Shown one piece after another: positions 21,265 to 31,182 of a stretch of DNA of 44,163 bases (the first letter of the stretch is position 1; each line of letters starts with the position of its first letter). Origin of the DNA: a virus. The translations under genes were made by a program, and so were the position numbers. Below the pieces are notes generated by a model, which saw only the letters and a program-made list of their open reading frames with translations, had not been told where the DNA came from and did not search any database. Location: IMG/VR virus record IMGVR_UViG_3300045988_126665. One strand, written 5' to 3'.

Positions 21265-22368
21265 ATGACATTAGTAGCAACTAAAATTCAAGCAATCCGT
21301 GAAAAGAACACGAGGCTTGACAAAAACGAAAATCGCTTGAGCGATTATGGTGCTTTGAACTTCTTCCGAGTTCAGAGCCAGAGAGCACCGCTCCTCACCG
21401 AGAAGATGAGAGAGGATGCAAAGAGGTCAGCAGGAGCTGACATTCAGGTTCCCGTACTGAAGTATGACGGAACTGTATCAGTAAGCAACACTCGTACTTG
21501 TACTGTTGCCGATGCGGAGAATACATCTGCGCTTGTAGATGTCACTTTCGTAACCTACGCAATAGGTTTCACTATGGTGCCGGGTCAGTATTCCAACAAC
21601 GATATTGACTACGAGAAGGACTTCTGGGCAAAGATGCAGAAGTGTGCGAGGTCACTTGGTGCTGCGCTTGATAGTGCCGCTATTGCTGCGCTTGAGAGCA
21701 ACAAGACGAAGGTACTTGCAGACACCTTGCTTTATGGCAAGACTGCGGACACACTCCAAGTGCCTTTCGGTTCAAGAGAGAACATTCTTGGCGACATCGA
21801 GCCAATTATGGAGGCTAATGACTTCTACGGCAAGGTGAACATCATCGGAAATGCTGGTGTTAAGTCTATCATAGGAAAGCTTATGGAGCTTGGCACTTAC
21901 AACGAGGTGGACAAGACCATGGAGTACGAGGGAAAGGACTTCTATTTCTCAAATCGCCTTGCAAATGCAAGTGGCAAGTATGCTACTTTCTACGCAGTAG
22001 AGGAGGGCAGTGTGGATATGCTTTATCGCTACGACAGAGCAGCCGCAAGAGGAGCAGAGAGCGGTACTCACCAGTGGGATGTTGTCAATATGCCGTTTAT
22101 TGACATCCCAGTCGGTCTGCACTACTACGAGGAAGTGGGCGACCAGAGCAAGATTGCTGGAGCGGCTACTGCCGATATGGTTTGCGATGTCAAGGAATAC
22201 TATGGTTTCAGTGTGGATGTTGCGTTCATCGTAGCATACAACTCTGCACCGGCTACTTTGGCAAACCCAATCATCAAGGCAGAGGTAGAAAAGGGTCTTG
22301 ACTACACTCAGCAGGTAGTTGTAGCCAACACTACTACCAACCCAGTACCTACGAAGACAATAGCGTAG
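21265..22368 (+). CDS. Major capsid protein, putative
   Basis: 367 aa, follows the scaffold-like gene and is followed by a terminator-like hairpin. Confidence 0.6.
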   Translation: MTLVATKIQAIREKNTRLDKNENRLSDYGALNFFRVQSQRAPLLTEKMREDAKRSAGADIQVPVLKYDGTVSVSNTRTCTVADAENTSALVDVTFVTYAIGFTMVPGQYSNNDIDYEKDFWAKMQKCARSLGAALDSAAIAALESNKTKVLADTLLYGKTADTLQVPFGSRENILGDIEPIMEANDFYGKVNIIGNAGVKSIIGKLMELGTYNEVDKTMEYEGKDFYFSNRLANASGKYATFYAVEEGSVDMLYRYDRAAARGAESGTHQWDVVNMPFIDIPVGLHYYEEVGDQSKIAGAATADMVCDVKEYYGFSVDVAFIVAYNSAPATLANPIIKAEVEKGLDYTQQVVVANTTTNPVPTKTIA

Positions 22369-22380
22369 GCGCAAGAAAAT

Positions 22381-22434
22381 AGTCTTTCAAAGGGGGAAAG
22401 AGAGTTGAAACAAGACTTTCTTTCTCCTTTTTTC
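22381..22434 (+). terminator. Terminator/attenuator candidate after the capsid gene
   Basis: Imperfect stem AGTCTTTCAA...TTGAAACAAGACT followed by TTCTTTCTCCTTTTTT. Confidence 0.45.
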
Positions 22435-22460
22435 GTAAATTTGGAAAAACAAAAATTGAT

Positions 22461-23744
22461 ATGATACGAATAAGAGAGATAGTAAATGCCTTTCAAGGCT
22501 TGGTGGGTTGGGAGCAATCCCGAGCAAGGGAGTACACCATCGGCGAGGAACTGACCCGCTCCGATAGCGGACTGACCTTTCAAGATGCGCATCCTATGCT
22601 GACACTGAGGGCAATGAAAGGAATAATGCCGAAAGACTATGTTTATTCGGAGTATGACATCCGCAAGACCTATTCTCGTGGGGATGTTGTGGCATACGGA
22701 GAGGAATTGTACCGAAGCATAGTAGACGAAAATACGGGGCATAGTGTGCTGGATGAGGAGTATTGGGAGTTGTACCACGCGCTGACGGAATACATATCTA
22801 AACTCACCGATAGCGGAATAAAGGCGGTTGTGCAAAGGTTTGTGACGGAAAAGGTGGTAGGGCTTGAAACGAGGAACATCATAGACCGCAGAACCCTTTT
22901 TGACGGCACAGGGCGCATAGAGAACAGGACCCCGAACAAGGGACACCTCGTAGGCTTTGAGATTACACCAGTGAGGGCAAACGGAGCGACTATGAAGATA
23001 GAGCGCATCGGCTTGCAGTTTACGGGGAACATAGGCAAGGTTAAGGTATATTTGTTCCACTCTTCGCACAGAGAGCCTGTGTGGACAAAGGAGCTAAATT
23101 ACACCGCAACAAGGGGTACTTATCAGTGGTTTGACCTACCCGAAACATACTTGCCGTATTTCAGCCACGATTTCAATTCGGGAGGTACTTGGTACTTGGT
23201 TTATTCGCAGGCGGAGCTACCCGACTATATGGAGAGCATCAACTTTGGTAGGGATTGGAGCCGAGAGCCTTGTGGCACTTGCAACAAGGGCGACCTCAAT
23301 GTGTATAGGGCTATGGGCAAGTGGGTGCAGTTGTCACCTTTCTATGTGAACATAGAGGATTGGGACGGCTTGCTTTGGGACATAGCGGACAACATCTACA
23401 CCAATGGGGACAACTATGGACTGAACTTACAGTTCTCTATGGGGTGCGACCTCACGGACACTATCATCTCTATGCGAAGTGACTTTGCGAACGTCATCCA
23501 AAAGCAGGTGGCGACCACTGCACTCAAAGCCCTTGCTATGAACCCCGAAGTAGAGGTGAACAGGGTGCAGTTCAATGCGGATAGAAATGACATCCTCTTT
23601 GAAACGGAGGGAAACGGACAAGGCATCCGGGGATTGAGAGGGGAGTTGGATAGGGCTTTCAAGGCTTTGAGCATAGATACGAGGGGATTAGACCCTCTTT
23701 GCTTGACCTGTAAGAACGGAGGAATACATATAGGCTCAATATAA
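22461..23744 (+). CDS. Virion structural protein, function unknown
   Basis: 427-aa ORF in the head-tail joining region. Confidence 0.7.
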   Translation: MIRIREIVNAFQGLVGWEQSRAREYTIGEELTRSDSGLTFQDAHPMLTLRAMKGIMPKDYVYSEYDIRKTYSRGDVVAYGEELYRSIVDENTGHSVLDEEYWELYHALTEYISKLTDSGIKAVVQRFVTEKVVGLETRNIIDRRTLFDGTGRIENRTPNKGHLVGFEITPVRANGATMKIERIGLQFTGNIGKVKVYLFHSSHREPVWTKELNYTATRGTYQWFDLPETYLPYFSHDFNSGGTWYLVYSQAELPDYMESINFGRDWSREPCGTCNKGDLNVYRAMGKWVQLSPFYVNIEDWDGLLWDIADNIYTNGDNYGLNLQFSMGCDLTDTIISMRSDFANVIQKQVATTALKALAMNPEVEVNRVQFNADRNDILFETEGNGQGIRGLRGELDRAFKALSIDTRGLDPLCLTCKNGGIHIGSI

Positions 23745-24247
23745 TGTTGGAAGTATTAACGGAATTAGAAAGGGGAATAACTGCCTTTTGCGACAATATG
23801 GATGGCTTTGTGAGGGACAGCTTGGCATCTCGCAAGGAGGAGCTATTGGATATGCAGAGGGAGCAGTTGTTTGATGGCAAGTCTTCGAGCGGAGAGGATT
23901 TGCGCCCACTCTATTCCGAGGACTTAAAGCCTAACGGATACTTCAACACCTTGCAGGCGGCAGATAACTACAAGCGGTGGAAAGAGCAACTGACCTATCC
24001 GTCCAATGCGGTACGCAATCCCGATGCGCCTAACCTTTATATCAACGGCAAGTTCCATCTTGAGTTGGACATAGAGTTTGCGGATGAGTATTTGTGTTTT
24101 TGTGGCAGTACGAGTTACTCTCGCAAGATTATAAGCAAGTACGGAGAGGGTAATTTCGGACTGACGAAAGAGAGGTGGAGAGAGGTGTCGGAGGAATACA
24201 TTAAGCCAGATTTGGTAAGGAATTTTTTTGAAATGATAGAGATATGA
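23744..24247 (+). CDS. Virion structural protein, function unknown
   Basis: 167-aa ORF, TAATG coupling. Confidence 0.7.
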   Translation: MLEVLTELERGITAFCDNMDGFVRDSLASRKEELLDMQREQLFDGKSSSGEDLRPLYSEDLKPNGYFNTLQAADNYKRWKEQLTYPSNAVRNPDAPNLYINGKFHLELDIEFADEYLCFCGSTSYSRKIISKYGEGNFGLTKERWREVSEEYIKPDLVRNFFEMIEI

Positions 24248-24918
24248 AAGTTTACATTAAGGAAGATAGTCGCTTGTTCGATGCATCAGTGGCGCAAATT
24301 CAGTTGCGCTTGGCTCAGAACATAGGTTGGTTGGACAACATCTTCGGATTGACGGAGCGACTGACGGAGCGTAAGGACGGCAAGACCTTTACGAGCGCAA
24401 ACATCTATACGAACAAGGGTAGGTACATACAGGTAATGCCGTGTGCGGAGCTGGGCAATTTTTGTTTCTTCTACTTGCGTGACCCACAAAAGGTGTGGGA
24501 GAAATCCGCAAGTGTGCTAAAAAGCCCGTTTTCAGTGGTTTTTTGGTACGATGTGGACAAAGTATCGTCTTCGCCCGCTAAACGCAATAGAGAGGCCGTT
24601 AAGGAGCAAATAGTGGCAGTTTTGGGGCAGTTTCATCTTCGTGGAGTTACCTATTCTCTTGAATACATCTATGAGCAACCCCAAAATGTGTTTAAGGACT
24701 TCGACTACGACTACAAGGTCAATCAGTTCTTGATGCATCCGTATGGAGGATTGAGGATAGACGGAGAATTGAGGGTGAATGTGGCTTGCTTGAAATCTTT
24801 GTTCGGGGATTTCAACAATGACTACAATCTGGACTTCAATGTAGATAGGTTGGCACAGTATCTTCGTGGGGACTACACCGACGATTACAATTTGGACTTT
24901 GACATAGATTTGATATGA
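24244..24918 (+). CDS. Virion structural protein, function unknown
   Basis: 224-aa ORF, ATGA coupling. Confidence 0.7.
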   Translation: MKVYIKEDSRLFDASVAQIQLRLAQNIGWLDNIFGLTERLTERKDGKTFTSANIYTNKGRYIQVMPCAELGNFCFFYLRDPQKVWEKSASVLKSPFSVVFWYDVDKVSSSPAKRNREAVKEQIVAVLGQFHLRGVTYSLEYIYEQPQNVFKDFDYDYKVNQFLMHPYGGLRIDGELRVNVACLKSLFGDFNNDYNLDFNVDRLAQYLRGDYTDDYNLDFDIDLI

Positions 24919-25163
24919 TAGAGTTCGGAATAGCAATAGTATTAGTGGCTTTGTTCGTGAAGTTCCTACGAACCTTGGCGGAGAAGTGGGGCATTTTGTC
25001 CTACTTGCAGGCGCACGCACCGAATGACTTTCTCTACAAGTTGTTCACTTGTGAGTTTTGTCAGTCCTTTTGGTTAGGATTGGGCACTTGCATCGTGTTA
25101 GTGTTGCTTGGCGCACCGATATATTGGTTGAGTATTCCTATTTTTAGTTGCAACATACGATGA
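24915..25163 (+). CDS. Small integral membrane protein inside the tail module
   Basis: 82 aa, three hydrophobic segments, ATGA coupling on both sides. Confidence 0.6.
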   Translation: MIEFGIAIVLVALFVKFLRTLAEKWGILSYLQAHAPNDFLYKLFTCEFCQSFWLGLGTCIVLVLLGAPIYWLSIPIFSCNIR

Positions 25164-25915
25164 AAGAAGAAAAGATAAACGGACATAGGTTTGAGTTCTA
25201 CGATAGCATAGAGGATATGCCGATTGTGCGCTTTCACAAGTATAGCAAGTATATGCTGGTGGCGAGTGGCATAGGGGATAGCATAGCGGATGTGGATGAG
25301 CATATTGAGAAGATTATGAAGTTGGTGGACTTTGACACCGCAAAGGCAAAGAGGGAGCTATTGAATTTGCGTCACAACATAGTCACCATATTGAATGAGC
25401 AGGACATCCGGCACATAGGCTTTATGTACTTTGTGTATTCGGTGGACGGCAAGGTTTGGGAGGATTTTTCCGACAGCGGAGTACACAAGCTATACGAGAT
25501 GGTTATGGACGCATCGGAATTGGCTATGGCAAGGGCAGAAAGGGGCATTAGAGAGCGATTAGACGAGGAGTTGAGGGATTACTTCCCTCAGGTGTTTGAG
25601 AGCGAAAATAAGAACCTTTTAGACTATGCACGCAAGCGAGCCTTGTTACAGATAGACGAGGTCCTGAACGATACCGACAATTCTGCGGAGATAGCAAAGT
25701 TAGGGGAACTGTTGAGTATTGGCTACAAGCCTTTGATTTTTGACGGCAAGGAGAGTGTGGAATTGCAGTTCGACAAGCAGTTCGAGCAGATGTGCTTGGC
25801 TTTGAGCAAGGAGTTCGGAGGAAAGGCAAAGGAGTATTCCGTTATGGAGTATTATTCCGCATACGAGCGGTTGGAAAAGATAAACAAGGAGTTGGAACGA
25901 ATAAAAAAGAAGTGA
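25160..25915 (+). CDS. Helical protein upstream of tape measure (tail assembly chaperone-like position)
   Basis: 251 aa from first ATG; in-phase A_AAA_AAG heptamer at 25903-25909 just before the stop. Confidence 0.6.
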   Translation: MKEEKINGHRFEFYDSIEDMPIVRFHKYSKYMLVASGIGDSIADVDEHIEKIMKLVDFDTAKAKRELLNLRHNIVTILNEQDIRHIGFMYFVYSVDGKVWEDFSDSGVHKLYEMVMDASELAMARAERGIRERLDEELRDYFPQVFESENKNLLDYARKRALLQIDEVLNDTDNSAEIAKLGELLSIGYKPLIFDGKESVELQFDKQFEQMCLALSKEFGGKAKEYSVMEYYSAYERLEKINKELERIKKK

Positions 25916-25916
25916 T

Positions 25917-28900
25917 ATGGAAAACAATCCGATTAAATACAATGACTTGGTCAGTCCCGATGTACAACAGGGCTTTCAAGATTGGATAGACCAAATTAAG
26001 CAGTTGCAGGCGCAAAGCGAGGTTTCCATAGAGGAAATCAAGAAGAAGATGACGGAGCTACGCAAGCAGATGACATCCCCGAGCGGAGGTGGCGGCAACA
26101 TCCCTAAACCGGACACGAAGCCTGTTGTGGACGAGATAGACAAGTTGCGAGAGGTGTATCGTAAGTTAAAGGTGGATGTTCAGTTGTACGATGATGCAAT
26201 TAAAGCCCTGAACAATAGCGAGAGGGAGAGAAAGAGGGTACTGCAAGCGAATACCGAGATAGAAAGGTCAAGGGAAAACTCCTACGACCAACTTTCCGCT
26301 CAATACACTGCGCTAAAAACCCTCGTAAACAATATGACTACTGCGGAAAGGGAAAATACGGATGCCGGAAAGGTACTTGTGGAGAACCTAAAAGAAATCT
26401 ACGAAAAGATGAATATGCTCCAACAAGCGACTGGTAAGTTTCAGTTGCAGGTCGGTCAGTACGGCAAGGCAGTCAGTGGCTTGAACATAGCGACCACGCA
26501 AGTATTGCGAGAGTTGCCGGCACTTGCGGTCAGTCCGACTACCTTTGCGATAGCCATCTCCAACAACATCCCTATCTTGCAGGACTACATCATCAAAGTA
26601 AGGGAGAGCCGTACTGCACTTTTTGAGCAGATAGCTGCGGCAGAAGCGGCAGGAGAGGCGGAGAAAGCGGCCGCATTGAAAGCGGAGGCGGCTAAATACA
26701 AAAATCTATCCGTCACCAAACTATTGGTGAAATCTATCTTCTCTTGGCAGTCTGCATTGGTGCTTGTGCTTACTGTCTTGCCGATTGTATTGAGAAATCT
26801 TGCGAAGAAGCGCAAAGAGCAGGCGGAGTATAATGACATCTTGAAAGAAACGATAGACCTTACGGAGGAGTTGAGCAAGGCTGACTTAAAGGCAGGTCAA
26901 GAGGGTGCGAAATCTGCGACAAAGGCTAAAACTCTCTACAACATTTCGCAAGACTTGAATAGGAGTTACGAGGAAAGGATTGCAGCGGCAACCGAATTAA
27001 AGAGGTTATATCCCGAGTATTTGGGGAATATGGATGCGGAGGTTATTGTTGCTGGCAAGGCTAAAATTGCTTATGATAGTCTTACGGATGCGTTGATAAG
27101 GAAAGCAAAGGCGCAAGTCTACTTGGAAAAGATTTCCGAGATAGAGGCTAAAAAATTTGCTGCGGAGGAAGCGCACACGAAGAAGATAGCGGAATACGAA
27201 AGCCTAAGTGGCAAAAAGCATACTATCGTGTCCCCCGGTGCAGCAGGTGGTTCGGTTGTGATTTCTACGATTGCGGACTATTCCAAATCCATAGAGAAAG
27301 AGAACAAGCGGTACGAAAAGCAGATGACGGAATTTAACAAACTCCAACAAGAATTGGAAGACCGCATCAGTGGCTTTGGCTTGCTTTCGGAGAAGAAAGG
27401 CAGTGGAGCTGGTGGCAAGGATACGAAGATAGGCGACTATTTCTTCGATATGATGAACGAGTATATCAATTCTATGGATGAGGGATTGGGTAAGGCTTTG
27501 GCGAAACTCACCTATTCATATAGGCAGTCGGAGAAGAAGTACGAGGATGCGAGAAACGAGTTGCTGGAAAAGCAGAAGACCGCAGACGCAAAGGAGCGAG
27601 AAGAAATAGACAAACAACTTGCCTATATCAACAATGCTATTGTTGCATCTCGTACTGCATATATGAAAGAGCGAGAGAAACTCCTACTGACGGAAGTGCC
27701 TGAGGTGGATGAAGAATTTGTGGATGCGGAATTTGTTGCGTTAAAAACGCAATTAGAGCAGGAGAAAGCACTTCGGGAGAGCGCAATCTATGCTACCTAT
27801 GAAGCGCAGGCGAAGACGGGCAAGGACTTGGAACTATTGAAGAAGAACACCAACGATGCCCTCTTGCAGTCGGAAATTCAGTATTGGACGGACTATCTGC
27901 AAGTATTGAAAGATAGTGGCAACCTCACCATAGAGGAATACAACAAGGTCATCGCCAAACTGATGAGCCTACAAGGCAAGACCGGCACTACCGCCACAAA
28001 GGAGCAAAAGCGGAAAAAGAGAAGGAATTATGGCGGTTGGTTTGAGTTCTTCGCTGCACAAAGCAGTGAGTATGGCGAAAAGGATGAGAACGAGAACCGC
28101 AAAGTACAGGACAAGTACATAGACTTCTTCAAGAACATAGACAAGGCGATGTTGCAGAGCCTTGACTATATGAAAGATTGGATGGAAACGAGAGTGAAGA
28201 TGGCGGAGATTGCGGTGGAGAGCGCAAAGAAAGAGCAGGATGCCGCCAAATCCCTCTTGGAGTACGAATTGGAGGCGAGAGCCAATGGATATGCCAACAA
28301 TGTTTCCTATGCACGCAAGGAGTACGAGGAAAAGAGGAAACTCACGAAGAAAGCGGCACAGGATGCACAAGAATTGGCGAGAATACAAAGGGCGATAGAT
28401 ACCGCGCAACAAATCCAATCGCTTATCACCGCCACTGCGAACATCTGGTCGGCAGAGGGATTGAAAGGTATTGCTGGTGTTCCTTTGGCTTTGGCGGCTA
28501 TTGGTTCTATGTGGATTTCCTTTGGAGCTGCAAAGATTAAGGCAGAGCAATTAGCCAATGCCCAGACGGAGCAGTACGGAGAAGGTATGAGCGAATACTT
28601 GAATTATGGTGGTTCGCACGCAAGCGGAAACGACATAGACTTCGGTCGCAAGCCCGACGGCACAAGGCGGAGAGTGGAGAGAGGTGAGATGATAGGTGTC
28701 ATCAACAAGCGGAATGTACGCAAGTACGGAGTGGAGAGGGTGTCCGACATTATTTCTTCGCTCAATCACGGAACATTTGAGCAGTCCTATGGCAATGCCT
28801 TTGGTGGGAACATTACAATGCCACAAGGAGCCGACCTACACAAGCTGGAGAGGGGAGTGAATGAGTTGGTCGAGCAAGGCGGACAAAAGGTAATGAATGT

Positions 28901-28955
28901 AGGCGGAAAGACCATAATGTACTATAAGAACACGAAGAAAATCATAAGGAGTTAA
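25917..28955 (+). CDS. Tail tape measure protein
   Basis: 1012 aa, long coiled-coil-like Ala/Glu/Lys regions plus hydrophobic segments (LVLVLTVLPIVL, GVPLALAAIGSMWISFGAA). Confidence 0.8.
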   Translation: MENNPIKYNDLVSPDVQQGFQDWIDQIKQLQAQSEVSIEEIKKKMTELRKQMTSPSGGGGNIPKPDTKPVVDEIDKLREVYRKLKVDVQLYDDAIKALNNSERERKRVLQANTEIERSRENSYDQLSAQYTALKTLVNNMTTAERENTDAGKVLVENLKEIYEKMNMLQQATGKFQLQVGQYGKAVSGLNIATTQVLRELPALAVSPTTFAIAISNNIPILQDYIIKVRESRTALFEQIAAAEAAGEAEKAAALKAEAAKYKNLSVTKLLVKSIFSWQSALVLVLTVLPIVLRNLAKKRKEQAEYNDILKETIDLTEELSKADLKAGQEGAKSATKAKTLYNISQDLNRSYEERIAAATELKRLYPEYLGNMDAEVIVAGKAKIAYDSLTDALIRKAKAQVYLEKISEIEAKKFAAEEAHTKKIAEYESLSGKKHTIVSPGAAGGSVVISTIADYSKSIEKENKRYEKQMTEFNKLQQELEDRISGFGLLSEKKGSGAGGKDTKIGDYFFDMMNEYINSMDEGLGKALAKLTYSYRQSEKKYEDARNELLEKQKTADAKEREEIDKQLAYINNAIVASRTAYMKEREKLLLTEVPEVDEEFVDAEFVALKTQLEQEKALRESAIYATYEAQAKTGKDLELLKKNTNDALLQSEIQYWTDYLQVLKDSGNLTIEEYNKVIAKLMSLQGKTGTTATKEQKRKKRRNYGGWFEFFAAQSSEYGEKDENENRKVQDKYIDFFKNIDKAMLQSLDYMKDWMETRVKMAEIAVESAKKEQDAAKSLLEYELEARANGYANNVSYARKEYEEKRKLTKKAAQDAQELARIQRAIDTAQQIQSLITATANIWSAEGLKGIAGVPLALAAIGSMWISFGAAKIKAEQLANAQTEQYGEGMSEYLNYGGSHASGNDIDFGRKPDGTRRRVERGEMIGVINKRNVRKYGVERVSDIISSLNHGTFEQSYGNAFGGNITMPQGADLHKLERGVNELVEQGGQKVMNVGGKTIMYYKNTKKIIRS

Positions 28956-28959
28956 GACT

Positions 28960-31119
28960 ATGCAACCGAATTATAGATTTATTCTACGCAAGGGGAACAC
29001 CACTTCACAAAGGAGGGTGTACCCTTTGTTCAACGATGATGTTACCCTCAAATGGGAGCACGATAACGGAGAGTATTATTTCCGCAAGAAACTTTCGGGG
29101 ACTTTCACCTTTGTCAATGATGACTTTGACTTTGTGTATAATTCCGACCTTGAAACGGAGTTTGCCCTGTTGGTATACGAGGATACGCAGTTGTTGTGGG
29201 AGGGAAAATTCTACAAGACGGATTGCGTATTCAACATAGACGATAGGACATTTACTACAAGCCCCGAGATGAGGGACATCTATTCGGATGTATTGAGCGG
29301 AATAGAAAAGGAGTTTGACTTGGTGAAGTTACTTCCCGAGATACAAGCCATTCAGTTGGACAAGCGGAGTATGATACAAATCTATGCGCTTGGCGAGAGC
29401 AGTGTCACCTGTTTCTTTCGGGGGATGACTTGGGAGCAACCTTGTACGGAGGTGGACAGCGCATCGGATATGGTGAATAAGTATTTCTTCGCGGAGATGA
29501 TGAAGAAACGACTTGTAGAATTGAGCGGAGTAGAGGGCATACCGCCCACTATCTATGGCGACATAACCGACCCAAATGTACCTTTCTCTTTCTCACGAGG
29601 AGAATACACCTTTACTATGGCAACAGGAGGGGCACAAGGTGGCTATTACGCAACACTATTCAAAAAGGGTGTTGCAATGTGGAAATCCAATGTTCTTGGC
29701 GCATCAACTTATCCAGATAAATTCAAAATGAACCCAATAGCAGGTTCGGGAGCAAGCGGAGTGATAGATGTATATATCAACGATGTGGCTTTCTATGGAA
29801 GATACCTTTGCGATGTGGACGAAGTGAAGATTGGTAGCACTACCTTGCACCCGAAGAAGCTTTCCAGCGAGGATATGGTGAGCGACAATAGGAATTTCCG
29901 CAGGGCGGTTGGATATGCGTATAAAAATACCCTCACCCTATACGATGTGATTTCATCCAAAGTGACGGAGTGGTTCTATGACACGGGATTGTACTACCAA
30001 AAACCTCCGCACGGAGGGAGCACGGGAATAAGGGACTATTACCCTGTTGCGATGACATATTGGACGGGAGTATCGTTTTGGTTTAGGTTTGACTTGTACG
30101 ATAGTGCGATTGAGCCGTTGTTCCGCAAGGAATACACCTTGAAAGACGCATATCCGCTATCGTCAGTGATAGATAGGCTATTGCAGGAGGCTACTGCATC
30201 TTCGTCAAGTGCCATCAGTTTCTATGGCGAGCCAAAGTATAGCAAGTTCCTGTATGACTATTCCAACCCGATAGACCCCAATGCAAATTACAAGCTGTTC
30301 ATTACGCAGAAATCCAACATCCTTGCAGGCGAGTACGAGCAACCGGCACAAAAGGCGGTAATCACCTTACGGCAGATACTTGATATGCTCCGGGATGCAT
30401 TTAGGTGCTATTGGTGGATAGAGTGGGACGGAGAGGAGGGCGAGTATATGTTGCGAATAGAGCATATTTCGTACTTTATGCGAGGCGGGTCTTATTCTTC
30501 CGCTCCGAATGTGGGAATAGACTTGACGCAGTTAGTCAATCCGAGGAACGAGAAGAAATGGTCTTATGGGGTCAATCAAGTGAAGTACAACAAGGACGAT
30601 TTGCCTGAGCGATACGAGTTCAAGTGGGCGGATGACACTACCGAATACTTTGAGGGCAATCCGATTGAGATAGTCAGCAAGTTTGTCAAGAGCGGAGAGA
30701 TAGAGAGTGTATTGGTCAATAGGTTCAATTCCGACTTGGACTATATGCTACTCAATCCGTCAGCGAGCGAGAGTGACGGCTTTGCGCTTATCAGTGCGGT
30801 GAAGAACAACGGAAAGTGGAAAGTACCATACTTGCAGGTTAGCGACGACATCTCATTACAGAACGGCTTTCTTTCTTTCTACAAGCTGCAAGAGTTCTAC
30901 CTGTATGATATGCCAGCTTGGAGCATCAAGGTGAACGGAGTGCAAAGGCAGAGCATAGGAATAAAGAAATCTATGACGCAAGAGGTGATATGCCCTTATA
31001 GTGAGTTTGACTTGCAGGAATTGGTGCGTACGGATGTCGGGGATGGTCAGATAGATGCGGTCACTATGAACATAGATAGCAAAATGTTGGAAATTTCTTT
31101 GGTTTTCACTCCAAAGTAA
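28960..31119 (+). CDS. Tail tip / baseplate protein, putative
   Basis: 719-aa ORF directly after the tape measure gene. Confidence 0.55.
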   Translation: MQPNYRFILRKGNTTSQRRVYPLFNDDVTLKWEHDNGEYYFRKKLSGTFTFVNDDFDFVYNSDLETEFALLVYEDTQLLWEGKFYKTDCVFNIDDRTFTTSPEMRDIYSDVLSGIEKEFDLVKLLPEIQAIQLDKRSMIQIYALGESSVTCFFRGMTWEQPCTEVDSASDMVNKYFFAEMMKKRLVELSGVEGIPPTIYGDITDPNVPFSFSRGEYTFTMATGGAQGGYYATLFKKGVAMWKSNVLGASTYPDKFKMNPIAGSGASGVIDVYINDVAFYGRYLCDVDEVKIGSTTLHPKKLSSEDMVSDNRNFRRAVGYAYKNTLTLYDVISSKVTEWFYDTGLYYQKPPHGGSTGIRDYYPVAMTYWTGVSFWFRFDLYDSAIEPLFRKEYTLKDAYPLSSVIDRLLQEATASSSSAISFYGEPKYSKFLYDYSNPIDPNANYKLFITQKSNILAGEYEQPAQKAVITLRQILDMLRDAFRCYWWIEWDGEEGEYMLRIEHISYFMRGGSYSSAPNVGIDLTQLVNPRNEKKWSYGVNQVKYNKDDLPERYEFKWADDTTEYFEGNPIEIVSKFVKSGEIESVLVNRFNSDLDYMLLNPSASESDGFALISAVKNNGKWKVPYLQVSDDISLQNGFLSFYKLQEFYLYDMPAWSIKVNGVQRQSIGIKKSMTQEVICPYSEFDLQELVRTDVGDGQIDAVTMNIDSKMLEISLVFTPK

Positions 31120-31130
31120 AGAAAAAAAAC

Positions 31131-31138
31131 TATCTTTG
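31131..31138 (+). promoter_or_regulatory. Internal -7 box TATCTTTG
   Basis: TAnnTTTG in the 31120-31182 gap. Confidence 0.45.
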
Positions 31139-31182
31139 TAGCAAGGAGAAAGGGTTACTCTTTGCAGTAAATCTAAAAGGAT

